This document shows, piece by piece, positions 9,512-20,976 of a stretch of 64,000 bases of DNA. Numbering within the stretch: position 1 is the stretch's first letter; the number at the start of each line of letters is the position of its first letter. Origin of the DNA: an uncultured delta proteobacterium (GTDB lineage: Bacteria; Desulfobacterota; Syntrophia; Syntrophales; UBA2192); the NCBI GenBank assembly GCA_963705165.1, contig CAVPJD010000012.1, positions 32,001-96,000 on the forward strand, given 5' to 3'. Position numbers and translations under genes: made by a program. The notes below the pieces were generated by a model. That model was not told the DNA's origin. It saw only the letters and a list, made by a program, of their open reading frames with translations, and did not search any database.

Positions 9512-10069
9512 TCAGAGAAGGCCGTCAAGGTAACCGTTCAGGACGAAGGCATAGAGCGCGTGGCCTTCTTCGTTGGGCAGCCGGACGTCATCCTGGAGCA
9601 GGGCCGCATTCGCAAGGCCCTGCTCCAGGAGATATCCTGCCCATGCGGTGTGCATGGGGATCATTTTACAGCCGAGGTCTGCGGCCACCTCCCGGATCGT
9701 CCGGTAATAGATGTCGACGGCGTCCATCTCATGGGGGTTGTCGAAGGTGTGCGACGTGAGCAGGAATATGTCCGACCGAAAGCTCGCACGTGCGAGGCGG
9801 ACGATGTGGACGAGGTTCTCCTTGAACTCGGAGCGATAGACCGCGGAGAAGGCGTCGTCGATTCCGAAATGGAGGATCAGGATGTCAGGGCGAAAGGGTT
9901 CGATGTCCCGGGAAAATGTTTCGATCCCTTCGAAGGAGGTCTCCTTCGGATTCGAGCGGTTGATGAGCTCCACCCCGCGCGGCGCATAGCGATCCCGGAG
10001 GATATCGGCATATCCCCGGGAAACGCCGACCCCTGCGGCGATGCTTCCTCCGCGTACCAGAATGCGCAT
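9512..10069 (-). CDS. SGNH/GDSL-like hydrolase with degenerate motifs
   Basis: GGSIAAG, PDILILHFGIDD, DDVRLPNEEGH. Confidence 0.75.
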   Translation of the reverse strand: MRILVRGGSIAAGVGVSRGYADILRDRYAPRGVELINRSNPKETSFEGIETFSRDIEPFRPDILILHFGIDDAFSAVYRSEFKENLVHIVRLARASFRSDIFLLTSHTFDNPHEMDAVDIYYRTIREVAADLGCKMIPMHTAWAGYLLEQGLANAALLQDDVRLPNEEGHALYAFVLNGYLDGLL

Positions 10070-10099
10070 GCTCGTCTTGCCTCTCTGAGCTTGAAAGAA

Positions 10100-10235
10100 G
10101 CCGACAGTCTACAGTCGACAGCCTACAGTAAAAAGAAAGTAGACAGCAGAAATCTGTTGCCTGTTGCCTGTTGCCTGTGGCCTGTGGCCTGTGGCCTGTC
10201 GGCTGTCGGCTGTCGGCTACCTATTACCTGTCACC
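10100..10235. repeat. Inverted heptamer tandem repeats (CGACAGC/CTACAGT vs CTGTTGC/CTGTGGC/CTGTCGG)
   Basis: Seen directly; a related run lies at 27073-27110. Confidence 0.75.
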
Positions 10236-10639
10236 TGCACCACCACCTGCCTCTTTCGAGGCCGGTTGTCGAAGTCGCAGAGGATCACCTGCTGCCAGGT
10301 GCCCAGAACGAGTTTGCCCTCGATGACGGGAATCGTCAGAGAAGGTCCCAGCAGGGCCGCCCGTACGTGGGAGTAGCCGTTGCCGTCGCCCCAGCGGGCG
10401 TCGTGCCGGTAGTGCAGGTTCTCGGGCGCAAGCCTTGCGATGGCCTCCTTGAGATCCTCGATGACGCCGCTTTCGTATTCGATGGTCGTCAGGGCCGCCG
10501 TCGAGCCCGGCACGAAGATGAGCACGCTGCCCTCGGAAATGCCCGATTCGCCGATCCGGAGAGATACCTCCCGCGTGATGTCGACAAGATCGGTCTTCCC
10601 CGTCGTCGGGAAGGCCAGCACGTAATTTCTGATTTCCAT
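10217..10639 (-). CDS. yjbQ: YjbQ/UPF0047 secondary thiamine-phosphate synthase family
   Basis: VDIT, GSTAALTTIEYE, YRHD..WGDGNGYSH, LGTWQQV..CDFD. Confidence 0.9.
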   Translation of the reverse strand: MEIRNYVLAFPTTGKTDLVDITREVSLRIGESGISEGSVLIFVPGSTAALTTIEYESGVIEDLKEAIARLAPENLHYRHDARWGDGNGYSHVRAALLGPSLTIPVIEGKLVLGTWQQVILCDFDNRPRKRQVVVQVTGNR

Positions 10640-10804
10640 GTCAGTTCCCTCGCGAAGCATGCGCTCCCCGAAACTTAACCACAGCGGCCCTGAAGTTTCA
10701 AGGCCGCGATCCGGGAGGCAATTTGCACCTTGTCATCGCCGCCGGGATTTGATAGTCAGAGGATCTGATCTCTGAAAGCCATTCGGGCATTTACGGAGCA
10801 TTGA

Positions 10805-11818
10805 ATGAAAGCGAAATCCACGGGCGATGAAGCCCTCAAGCAGGCCCGGGAAGTTTTGAAGATCGAGGCCGAGTGCATCCTGGGGCTCATCCCCAAGCTC
10901 GATCAGAATTTCTCGAAGGCCGTCGAGACCATCTTCGGGGCCAAGGGACGCGTCATCGTATCGGGAATCGGAAAATCGGGGCTCATCGGCCGAAAGATCG
11001 TGGCCACCTTCACGAGCACGGGCACGCCGGCCATCTTCCTTCACCCCGTCGAAGGGATGCACGGGGATCTCGGCATCGTCACGAAAGGCGATGTGCTCAT
11101 CGCCATCTCCAACAGCGGCGAGACGGCCGAGCTCAACGAACTGATCGCGCGGATCGGCCCGATCGGTCTTCCGCTCATCACACTGACGGGAAACCCGAAA
11201 TCAACGCTCGGGCGCTCAAGCGACATCGTCATCGATGTGGGCGTCGCCCGGGAGGCCTGTCCCTTCGGCCTGGCGCCCACCTCGAGCACGACGGCGGCGC
11301 TCGCCATGGGGGACGCCCTGGCCGTGGCCCTGACGGGGAAGCGCAACTTCGGCGAGAAGGACTTTCTCAAATTTCATCCCGGTGGAACCCTGGGGCAGAG
11401 GCTCATGAACCAGGTGAAGGAGGCCATGATCACGGGCGAGAGGATCCCCCGGGTCTATGCGGGTTCGCCGGCCCTGGAAGCCGTCAACGAAATCGATCGT
11501 CGGAACCAGGGCTTCGTCCTCATCACGGACCGGAAGGACCACCTGAAAGGAATCCTGACCGATGGCGACGTGAGGCGCTGCGTAAAGCGCGGGGTACGTT
11601 TCGAGGCCATCCCCGTTGACGACATCATGACGACATCGCCCAGGACCATCGACGAAAACACGACGCTCGCCAAAACCGTCGAGACGATGGAGACCCTCGA
11701 GATCACGACACTCGTCGTCACGGGGAAAAACAACAGGCTCAAGGGCTACATCCACCTTCACGACATCTTCGGCCGCGGCGGCACGCTTCGGATGTACGTT
11801 CCCAACGGCAACGCCTGA
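10805..11818 (+). CDS. kdsD: Arabinose-5-phosphate isomerase (SIS + CBS)
   Basis: SGIGKSG..GRKI.ATFTSTGTP, HGDLG, EACP.GLAPTSST, FHPGGTLG. Confidence 0.93.
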   Translation: MKAKSTGDEALKQAREVLKIEAECILGLIPKLDQNFSKAVETIFGAKGRVIVSGIGKSGLIGRKIVATFTSTGTPAIFLHPVEGMHGDLGIVTKGDVLIAISNSGETAELNELIARIGPIGLPLITLTGNPKSTLGRSSDIVIDVGVAREACPFGLAPTSSTTAALAMGDALAVALTGKRNFGEKDFLKFHPGGTLGQRLMNQVKEAMITGERIPRVYAGSPALEAVNEIDRRNQGFVLITDRKDHLKGILTDGDVRRCVKRGVRFEAIPVDDIMTTSPRTIDENTTLAKTVETMETLEITTLVVTGKNNRLKGYIHLHDIFGRGGTLRMYVPNGNA

Positions 11819-11974
11819 GAGAACGACAACGGGGCTTCTCCAATGGGATCGTGCAAAAATTCGCCCGGCAATACCCTGATCCTTCTTCCAATGTTTCATT
11901 GACTCACGAGAGGGTTTTTCCTATACTGCATTTCGCAAAAACAAGGTGCATCTTCAAGAATAAGGAGGAGAATC

Positions 11975-13009
11975 ATGAAGAAGTTTTTTATCGTTGCCCT
12001 GTTCGTGGTCGCCGTGGCCCTCGCCTGGCTGACCCCGCCCCCGGCCGTCGCAGCAGACTACAAGCCGGAGTACAAGCTTTCGACGGTTCTCGCAAAGCCC
12101 ATGCCCTGGGGCATCGCCGGCGAGCGCTGGGCGGAACTGGTCAAGGAGAAGACGAAGGGCAGGATTAACATCAAGGTGTACCCGGGCACGAGCCTCGTGG
12201 GCGGGGACCAGACCAAGGAGTACACCGCCATCCGCCAGGGCGCCATCGACATGGCCATCGGCTCTACCATCAACTGGTCCCCCCAGGTGAAGGAGCTGAA
12301 CATCTTCGCCATGCCTTTCCTCATGCCGGACTACAAGGCCATTGACGCTCTCACCCAGGGCGAAGTCGGCAAGGAGATTTTCAATATCCTCACCGGCAAG
12401 GACACGGTGCCCCTGGCCTGGGGAGAGAACGGCTTCCGGGAGCTCTCCAATTCCAAGAAACCGATCCGCAAGCCCGAAGACCTCAAGGGCCTCAAGATCC
12501 GCGTCGTCGGCTCCCCGCTCTTCCTGGAGACCTTCGCAGCCCTGGGCGCGAATCCCACCCAGATGAGCTGGGCCGATGCGGTGCCCGCCCTTTCCAGCGG
12601 AGCCGTCGACGGCCAGGAGAACCCTCTGACCGTTTACACGGTGGCCAAGCTGTCAACAGCCGCCAACCAGAAGTACTTGACGATCTGGGGCTACGTGGCC
12701 GACCCGCTGATCTTTGTCGTCAACAAGGAGGTCTGGAACAGCTGGACCCCCGAAGACCAGAAGGCCGTCCGAGAGGCCGCCCTCCAGGCCGGCAAGGAAA
12801 ACATTGCGTTGGCCAGAAAAGGCCTCATTCCTCCCAGCGACACCATGATCAAGGAGATTCAGGCGGCAGGGGTCAACGTGGCGAGTCTCACCCCTCAGGA
12901 AAAAGAGGCCTTCAAGAAAGCCACCCGGTCCGTCTATGACAAGTGGGCCAAGCAGATCGGGACCGAGCTGGTCAAGAAAGCCGAACAGGCCGTTGCCAAG
13001 CGCAAGTAG
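11975..13009 (+). CDS. dctP: TRAP transporter substrate-binding protein
   Basis: Signal peptide; ENGFR, EDLKGLKIRV, GAVDGQENP. Confidence 0.95.
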   Translation: MKKFFIVALFVVAVALAWLTPPPAVAADYKPEYKLSTVLAKPMPWGIAGERWAELVKEKTKGRINIKVYPGTSLVGGDQTKEYTAIRQGAIDMAIGSTINWSPQVKELNIFAMPFLMPDYKAIDALTQGEVGKEIFNILTGKDTVPLAWGENGFRELSNSKKPIRKPEDLKGLKIRVVGSPLFLETFAALGANPTQMSWADAVPALSSGAVDGQENPLTVYTVAKLSTAANQKYLTIWGYVADPLIFVVNKEVWNSWTPEDQKAVREAALQAGKENIALARKGLIPPSDTMIKEIQAAGVNVASLTPQEKEAFKKATRSVYDKWAKQIGTELVKKAEQAVAKRK

Positions 13010-13122
13010 TCTTCCTGCACACGCCACACAAATGACAATGGCACGCGCCCGATCGATTGGATCGAGGCGCGTGCCTTTGCTTTTTCCCGGTTTGTTTCCG
13101 CTCCGCACGGGGTAAGCGACCC

Positions 13123-13623
13123 ATGGAATGTCAACCTTCACGAGAGGCCAAAGATCTCAAGACCCGGGTGCCTCTCAAATTCGAAGAATACGCGGCCGGG
13201 ATTACCATCGGCCTGCTGGGGCTCATCACCTTCGCCAACGTGGTGGTGCGCTATCTGACGGACTTCTCTTTTGCGTTCACCGAGGAGCTTTCCGTCTTTC
13301 TCATGGTGCTCGTGGCGCTTCTCGGCGGCTCGAGCGTCATGGCGAAAGGCGGCCATCTGAATATCATGTTCGTGGTGGACAGGCTCTCGCCGGAGCGTCG
13401 GCGGGTCGTCGTCTGCGCGGCCCATGCCCTCTCCGTCCTCATGTTCCTTCTGCTGGCGTTCTTCGGGGGCCGGATGGCGTGGGATGAATACCGCTTCGAG
13501 GTCACCTCTCCCGGCCTCGGTCTGCCCACCTGGATCTACACCGTCTGGCTGCCGATATTGTCCCTGGCGATTTGCGGTCGCGCCGCAGGATTGATGATCC
13601 GCGCCTGGAGGAGGAAGGACTGA
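13123..13623 (+). CDS. dctQ: TRAP transporter small permease
   Basis: FANVVVRY...FTEELS...GHL; four TM segments. Confidence 0.9.
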   Translation: MECQPSREAKDLKTRVPLKFEEYAAGITIGLLGLITFANVVVRYLTDFSFAFTEELSVFLMVLVALLGGSSVMAKGGHLNIMFVVDRLSPERRRVVVCAAHALSVLMFLLLAFFGGRMAWDEYRFEVTSPGLGLPTWIYTVWLPILSLAICGRAAGLMIRAWRRKD

Positions 13624-14915
13624 TGGTTCTGGTCACCCTTCTTTTCAGCGCCTTCTTTGTCATGATGTTTGCCGGCGTACCCATCGCCGTTTCCCTGGGC
13701 CTGGCGGGGACCGTGGCCATCGCCATGGGCAAGCTGGGCATCATGGCCTTCCCGACCAATTTTTACACGGGAATCGCCAAGTATCCTCTCCTTGCCATCC
13801 CCATGTTTGTCCTCGCAGGCGCCATCTTCGACCGGGCCGGCGTGGCAGAGCGGCTGCTGCGGTTCGCCGAAGCCATCGTCGGACGCGGCAGGGGAGCCCT
13901 GGCGGTGATCACCATCCTGGTGGCCATGGTCATCGGCGGAATATCCGGCTCGGGGCCTGCCTGCACGGCCGCAGTGGGAGGGGTCATGCTCGTCGCCATG
14001 ATGCGCAACGGCTACCCGCCGGCCTTTGCTGCCTCCGTCACGGCGGCAGCGGGGTCCACGGACATTCTCATCCCGCCGTCGGTGGCATTCATCGTCTACA
14101 GCGTGCTGGTGCCGTCGGCCACCGTACCGGCGCTCTTTGTTGGCGGCGTCATCCCCGGGATCATGGCCTGTGTCCTGCTCATCATCCCGGCACTCTACCT
14201 CAGCCGGAAGTACAACTTCGGCGTCGATCAGAGCACAGAGCCCATGCCGAAATTCTGGCCTTCCCTCAAGGATGCCTCCTGGGCGCTGTCCGCGCCGGTG
14301 CTCATTCTGGGCGGGTTGCGCACGGGATGGTTCACCCCGACGGAAGCCGCCGTCATGGCCGTGGTCTTCGGCCTTTTCGTCGGCTTCGTGATCTACCGCT
14401 CGCTCACCCTTCGCGACCTGTTCGAACTGCTCGTCGAGTCCGCGGAGACCTCCGCCGTCATCCTGATCGTGATCGGGCTGGCAAGCGTCTTTGCCTGGGC
14501 CACGGCCACGCTCGGCATCGTTGACCCGATCACCAGGGGCCTGGTGGCCCTCGGGGGCGGGAATTCCCTGGCGGTGCTGTTTATCCTGCTCATATTCCTG
14601 AAGGTTGCTGGAATGTTCCTCGACGGGATATCGATTTTTCTCATCTTCTGCCCGCTCTTTATCCCGATCGCCAATGACTTCGGCTGGGACCTGGTGTGGT
14701 TCGGCGTGATGATGACCTACGTCATTGCCCTGGGGCAGTTCTGCCCGCCCATGGCCGTCAATCTCATGGTGAGCTGCCGGCTGACGGGCGCGTCCATGGA
14801 GTCAACCGTGCGCTGGGTCATCTGGTTGCTTTTATTCATGGGCCTGGGCCTCGTGGCCATGGTCTTCTTCCCCGCGCTGGTGCTCTGGCTGCCCGAGGTT
14901 CTCGGTTTCATGTGA
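13623..14915 (+). CDS. dctM: TRAP transporter large permease
   Basis: LLAIPMFVLAG, GGISGS, ILIPPS, GWFTPTEAA; start overlaps the dctQ stop (TGATG). Confidence 0.95.
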   Translation: MVLVTLLFSAFFVMMFAGVPIAVSLGLAGTVAIAMGKLGIMAFPTNFYTGIAKYPLLAIPMFVLAGAIFDRAGVAERLLRFAEAIVGRGRGALAVITILVAMVIGGISGSGPACTAAVGGVMLVAMMRNGYPPAFAASVTAAAGSTDILIPPSVAFIVYSVLVPSATVPALFVGGVIPGIMACVLLIIPALYLSRKYNFGVDQSTEPMPKFWPSLKDASWALSAPVLILGGLRTGWFTPTEAAVMAVVFGLFVGFVIYRSLTLRDLFELLVESAETSAVILIVIGLASVFAWATATLGIVDPITRGLVALGGGNSLAVLFILLIFLKVAGMFLDGISIFLIFCPLFIPIANDFGWDLVWFGVMMTYVIALGQFCPPMAVNLMVSCRLTGASMESTVRWVIWLLLFMGLGLVAMVFFPALVLWLPEVLGFM

Positions 14916-15140
14916 GTGGACGAGGCTGACACGCCCATATCCGCTGCGTCCGGCCCTCGCCGGAAGGCACCGTTTTTGCAGGATTTCCTGTTCCGGGTGC
15001 AGACACTGCGGACGTCCTGTTTTTCCTAGCAATAACAGTTACTTCCGTTTTCCCCATCCTGCCCCGCATCGCACCGGCGAGGCTGCAGCCGCCTGCCGGC
15101 TGTTTGTGAACTGCATCAACGTCAACCCTGGATCAGGACC

Positions 15141-18100
15141 GTGACCATGAGAAAAGCCGCCGGACGAGAAACCGCCGGAAAAGAGAAAAGCCGCAAGACC
15201 GCGGAAACGAACAAGACCGCCGGAAAGCGATCTTCGACAAAGCCCGCACCGCACAAGACCTTCGACCCGGACGCGCTCCTCAACTCCATGGACGGGATGG
15301 TTTACGTGGCCTCCCCCGATTACCGGCTCGAGTACATGAACGAGGCGGCCATCAGGAAGATCGGGCGGGACATGACGGGCAAGCACTGCTTTAAGGTCTT
15401 TCACGGCCTCGAGGAGCGCTGTCCCTGGTGCATGGGCGGGCTCGTGCTGCAAGGACAGACCTTCCGGCAGGAAATCCTGGGCCAGCTGGACAAGCGCTGG
15501 TACTCCAGCGTCCTGACGCCCCTTCACCGCAAGGACGGCTCCGTTGCCATCCAGGCCCTCGTTTTCGACATAACGGACCAGAAAGAGGCCCAGGCGGCTC
15601 TCGTGCAGAACGAAGCCCTTCTGAGGAGCATTCACCAGGCCGCCCCGATGGGCATCGGGATCGTCGAAACCGCATGCTGGAATGGACCAACGAGCAGATC
15701 AGCCGCATGACGGGCTACACGGCGGAAGAGCTCCAGGGAAAGAGCGCCCGGATTCTCTACGCCAGCGACGAGGAGTTCGACCGCGTCGGCAGGCACAAGT
15801 ACGCCGATATCCACAGCAAGGGGACCGGAAGCATCGTCACGGTATGGCGCCGCAAGGGCGGGCGCCTGATCAACGTCTACCTGAACTCGACCCCCGTCGA
15901 CCCCGGAGACCTCTCGGCCGGCGTTGTCTTCACGGCACTGGACATCACGGAGAAGAAGAAGGCCCAGGACGAGCTCTGGAGGACCGAGGAGAAATACCGG
16001 GCCCTTTTCGATAACGCCGTCATGGGCATCTTCCAGAGCACGCCGGAGGGCCGGTTCATCACCGTCAACCCGGCGACGGCAACGATGTGCGGCTTCGACT
16101 CCCCCGAGGAGATGGTGGCCACCGTCACCGACATCGCCACCCAGCACTACGTCGATCCCGCGGAAAGGGATCTCTTCATCCGGGCCATCGAGGAGGAGGG
16201 CTTCGTCCGGAATTTCGAGCACCGGACCTACCGCAAGGACGGCAGCGTCTTCTGGGTCTCCGTCAACGCACGGGAGGTCAGGGACGGGCGAGGGAGAATC
16301 ACGCACTACGAGGGGACCCACGAAGACGTCCAGTGGCGCAAGGAGGCCGAGGAGGCCCTGCGGGCAAGCGAAGAGCGCTTCTCGAAGGCCTTCCGCTCCA
16401 ACCCCGCACCGGTTGCCATCACCACGATCGACGAGGGCCGTTTCATCGACGTCAACGCCCGGTTCCTCGAGGCCTTCGGCTACCGCCGTGACGAGATCAT
16501 CGGCAGGACATCAGCCGACCTCGCATTCTGGACCTCCGCGGAGAACCGGGACGAGGTGCTGAAAAAGCTCCGGGAGACGGGCTCGGTCAAGAATGTGCTG
16601 AACCAATACAAAACAAAATCAGGTCAGCTCCGGACAGGCCTCTGGTCCGGCGAAATCGTCCGGCTGGGGGACCGGGACGTGCTTCTCTCGATCCTTCTCG
16701 ACATCACGGAACGCAAGCAAGCCGAAGAAAAATACCAGAGCATCCTCGCCGACATCGAGGAGTTCTATTACGAGACCGACCTCCGGGGGAATCTGACGTT
16801 TTTCAACGACGCCGCCTGCAACATCATCGGCTATACCCGGGAGGAGCTGCAGTGGAAGAGCAACCGGGATTACACAACGCCGGAAACGGCTGAACGGATG
16901 TACCGCGTATTCAACAGCGTGTACCGAACGGGGGAAAAAAGGAAAATCAGCAGCTACGAGATCATCCGCAAGGACGGCTCCCGCCGGGTGCTGGAAATAT
17001 CGATCACACTGAAGCGGGATGAACGCGGAGACCCTGACGGTTTCCGCGGGCTGGGCCGCGACGTGACGGACCGGGTCAAGGCCGAGGAGGCCCTTCGGCT
17101 GAGCGAAGAGCGCTACCGCGCCATTTTCGAAAACTCGCTCGTGGGCATCTTCCAGTCTTCGCCGGAAGGCCGCTACATCCGTGTCAACCCGGCCTTTGCG
17201 AGGATCTACGGCTACGAATCGCCCGAGGCCGCGGTCTCTTCCGTGACCGACATCGGCACCCAGATCTTCGTCGACGCAGAAGACCGGAAACGCTGCCTCG
17301 CCATCCTGAAAAAAACCGGCATCCTGGAGCGGTTCGAGACCCGGACGCGACGCAAGGACGGCAGCATCATCTGGACTGCGATCAACTCCCGCATCGTCCG
17401 GGATGCCGAAGGCCGGACGCTGTTCATCGAGGGGATCGTCGAGAACATCACGGAGCAGATCGAGGCGCAGGAAAAGCTGAAGCGCAGCGAGGCCCTGCTG
17501 AAAAGCGTCCTGGAGGCTGCGCCCATCGGCATCGGGGTCGTTCACAGCCGCGTTTTAAGCTGGGTCAACGAGGGGCTTCTGTCGATGACGGGCCACAGCC
17601 TCGAGGAGCTCTCGGGGAAAAGCGCACGGGTCCTTTACACCGACGACGATGAGTATGAGCGGGTGGGCAGGGAAAAGTACGGACAGATCGCCACCGCAGG
17701 TAAGGGAGTCGTAGAGACCCGCTGGAAGGCAAGGGACGAAAGCCTCATCGACATCCTCCTCAGCTCGTCCCCCATCGATCCGGGGATCTCGGGGCCGGCG
17801 TTGTCTTCACGGCCATGGACATCTCCGGTCTGAAACGGGCCGATGCGGTGAGGAAGGAACTCGAGGGGCAGCTGCGCCAGGTACAGAAAATGGAGGCCAT
17901 CGGCACGCTGGCAGGCGGCATCGCCCACGACTTCAACAATATCCTTTTCACCATCGTCGGCTTCACCGATCTTTCCCTGCACGAGTTGAGCGACGGCGAG
18001 ACCCGATGGAACCTCACGCAGGTCCTGAATGCCTGCGACCGGGCAAAGAATCTCGTGAACCAGATCCTCGCCTTCAGCCGCCAGGAAGCGCCGGAGAGGC

Positions 18101-19038
18101 GGCCGGTGGACATCGTCCCTGTCGCAAAGGAGGCCCTGAAGTTCCTTCGCTCCACGATCCCGTCCACCATCGAGTTGAAGCAGCGCATCACGGGGGGCAG
18201 CCTGACCGTCCTGTCCGACCCCACGACGATTCACCAGGTGCTGATCAATCTCGGGACAAACGCCGCCCACGCCATGCGGACGACGGGGGGCGTCATGGAG
18301 GTGTGCCTCGAGAGCATGGAGATCCCCCGTGAAAGGGGCGGCAGCGTACCGGCGGATTTGAAACCGGGACCCTACATCCGGCTGACGGTTCGCGACACGG
18401 GGATAGGGATCGACCCGGCCATCATGAACCGCATCTTCGACCCGTTCTTCACGACCAAGCCCCAGGGAGAGGGGACGGGACTCGGCCTTTCCGTCGTCTA
18501 CGGGATCGTCAAATCCCATGGCGGCAGCATCGCCATCGAGAGCGAAGTGGGCCGCGGAAGCACCTTCCACGTCTATCTCCCCCGCACCCCGGAACAGGAG
18601 CGAGAGGACAACCGGAAAAAAGCCTCCGCCTCCGGCGGGTCGGAGCACATCCTTTTCGTCGACGACGAGGTGGTTCTCGTCGACATGGGCGAGCGGATGC
18701 TGAGCGTTCTGGGCTACCGGGTCACCGCCGTGGCGAACGGCCCGGAGGCACTGAAAATCTTCCGCGAAAACCCGGACGGCTTCGATCTCGTCATCACGGA
18801 CATGACCATGCCCGGAATGACGGGGGCCCAGCTCAGCCGGGAAATCCTGAAAATCAAACCCGGGTTTCCCATCATCCTGTGCACGGGATTCAGCGAACTC
18901 ATCTCGGAGGGAGAAGCCAAAGCGATGGGCATCCGGCGTTTCCTCATGAAACCGGTTTTTCTGGGCACGCTGGCCGGGGAGGTCCGAACCGTTCTTGACG
19001 CAAGCCGAAAAGAGGTGACGGCATGTCCCGTATCCTGA
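15141..19038 (+). pseudogene. Multi-PAS hybrid histidine kinase/response regulator split by two 1-nt deletions
   Basis: ORFs 15141-15710, 15428-17833 and 17815-19038 join in frame if AAA (15667-15669) and GGGG (17782-17785) each gain one base; GGIAHDFNN H-box, GTGLGL, C-terminal receiver. Confidence 0.8.
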
Positions 19039-19400
19039 TCGTGGACGATGATCCCCATGTGAGACAAATGCTCGAACGCGTCCTGCGGAAGGCAGACCAT
19101 GACGTGGAGACTGCGGAAAACGGACAAGAGGCCCTCCAGGTTCACAGGGAGAGACCCGCGGATCTGATCGTCACCGACATCATCATGCCGGAGAAGGAAG
19201 GCCTGGAGACGATCACCGAGCTCCGGAAATCCTTTCCCGCCGTCAAAATCATCGCCATCTCGGGAGGCGGACGCATCGGAGCGGCGCAGTACCTCAAGAT
19301 GGCGGAAATCCTCGGTGCGGACCGCACATTTTCCAAACCGTTCAACCCCTCCGAACTGATCACCGCCGTCGAGGAACTGCTGGCAGCCGGCGAAGAGTAA
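19023..19400 (+). CDS. Single-domain response regulator
   Basis: ILIVDDD, DIIMPEKEG, IIAISGGG, KPF. Confidence 0.93.
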   Translation: MSRILIVDDDPHVRQMLERVLRKADHDVETAENGQEALQVHRERPADLIVTDIIMPEKEGLETITELRKSFPAVKIIAISGGGRIGAAQYLKMAEILGADRTFSKPFNPSELITAVEELLAAGEE

Positions 19401-19503
19401 TCGGGAATTGGGTATTGGAAAATGGGGGAGATGGAAAAATAGACGCAAGGCAAAGATCTCAAACGTAGATCGCCACGCCTCAGAACATCCACCCTCACCC
19501 CAA

Positions 19504-19621
19504 CCCTCTCCCCTCAAGGGAGAGGGAGATTATGGAAGGAATTTACTAGAGGTTCGGCTCGCGATGACCATCTTTGTAGTGTCTTCACTCAGACACTCAG
19601 GCACTTAAACACTCAGACACT
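19504..19621. repeat. 118-bp dispersed composite repeat, copy 1
   Basis: CCCTCTCCCCTCAAGGGAGAGGG hairpin + GATTATGGAAGGAATTT..CTCGCGATGACC + CACTCAGA-type repeats; colinear with 26030-26147. Confidence 0.85.
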
Positions 19622-19680
19622 CTCATTTCTTCACTAACCACAAGCCACTGACCACTTCTTCACTGCCGCGCAGCGGCCGA

Positions 19681-20745
19681 TCAGATCCACTTCTTCTTCC
19701 TGAAATACGAGAGCATCGTCAGCGCAATGACGATCACCACAACCCAGAGCATCAAGTAGCCGTATTGCCACTTGAGCTCCGGCATGTGTTCGAAGTTCAT
19801 CCCGTAGATGCCGGCCAGAAAGGTCAGGGGCATGAAAATCGTCGCAATGATCGTGAGCACCTTCATGACCTCGTTGAGGCGGTTGCTGATGCTGGAGAGA
19901 TAGATGTCGAACATCCCCGAGAGGATGTCCCGGTAGGTGTCCACCGTGTCCATGACCTGGATCGTGTGCTCGTAGATGTCGCGGAAGTAGATGGCCGAGG
20001 TCTTGTTGACGAGGGGGGACTCGGCCCTAGCGAGCAGGGAGATCACCTCGCGCAACGGCCAGATGGAGCGGCGCACCAGCAGGATCTCGTCGCGCAGCTG
20101 CTGGACGCCCTTCAGCGTCTCGCGCCTCGGGTTGGCCACAACCTCATCCTCCAGGCTGTCGATCTTCTCCCCCATTTTCTCCATCACGACAAAATAGTGA
20201 TCCACCACGGCATCCATGAGGGTGTAGACCAGGTAGTCCGTTCCCATCTTGCGGATCCGCCCGAGGCCGTTTCGAATCCGCTCACGGAGCGGCTTGAAGA
20301 TCCCGCTGTCGGACTCCTGGAAGGACAGGACGAAATCATCGTTGAACACGAGGCTCAGCTGCTCGATGCGGAGCTCCATCGCCTTCTCGTCAAAGGTGAT
20401 CAGCTTGATGATCAGGCAGATGTATTTGCCCAGGTCGTCGATTTTCGGACGCTGGGTCGTGTTCATGATGTCTTCCATCAGCAGCGGATGAATGTGGAAC
20501 TGACAGCCGATCTGCTCGATGACATGGGGTTCGTGGATCCCGACGACATCGATCCACGTGACGGTCGACTTGCCGCAATAGGGGGCCAGCTCTTCGACGG
20601 ATTGGATCTCCCGCTCCTCGAAATGTTCTTCCGCATAATCGACCACAGTGATCCGGATCTTTTCCGACCGCTCGGTCCCGATGTGGACGAGGCTTCCGGG
20701 CGGGAGGCCCGTCTTTCTGGAGCGCTTGATGTAACTCTTGCTCAT
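19681..20745 (-). CDS. corA: Magnesium/cobalt transporter CorA
   Basis: GLPPGSL, HPLLMEDI...QRPK, YGMNF..MPEL. Confidence 0.96.
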   Translation of the reverse strand: MSKSYIKRSRKTGLPPGSLVHIGTERSEKIRITVVDYAEEHFEEREIQSVEELAPYCGKSTVTWIDVVGIHEPHVIEQIGCQFHIHPLLMEDIMNTTQRPKIDDLGKYICLIIKLITFDEKAMELRIEQLSLVFNDDFVLSFQESDSGIFKPLRERIRNGLGRIRKMGTDYLVYTLMDAVVDHYFVVMEKMGEKIDSLEDEVVANPRRETLKGVQQLRDEILLVRRSIWPLREVISLLARAESPLVNKTSAIYFRDIYEHTIQVMDTVDTYRDILSGMFDIYLSSISNRLNEVMKVLTIIATIFMPLTFLAGIYGMNFEHMPELKWQYGYLMLWVVVIVIALTMLSYFRKKKWI

Positions 20746-20976
20746 AGACTCACCCATGGCGAAAGGATTTCAAGCCCCTCGGCGGCCCCTGCGATCTTCG
20801 ACTTTGGGATACCGGGCACCATCTCGCCGAAGGAACAAGGCGGCGATGGCCATAGATAGGACCAAGGGCAGACAACTGTCAAGTGAAATCAGTGCCTTAC
20901 GGCACGGAGCAGAAAGGACTGCCTGTGACTCATTGGTATGGTTATTGCTTTATGCCTTGTGAGGAAAGTTGTTTTT

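Noticed and set aside
10100..10235. CRISPR array among the repeat tracts
   Set aside because: Units are 7-9 bp without unique spacers, and there are no cas genes in the window
20760..20882. Metal or fluoride riboswitch in the corA leader
   Set aside because: A hairpin and a TTGACA on the - strand are present, but I could not match M-box, yybP-ykoY or fluoride consensus by eye; an Infernal search would be decisive
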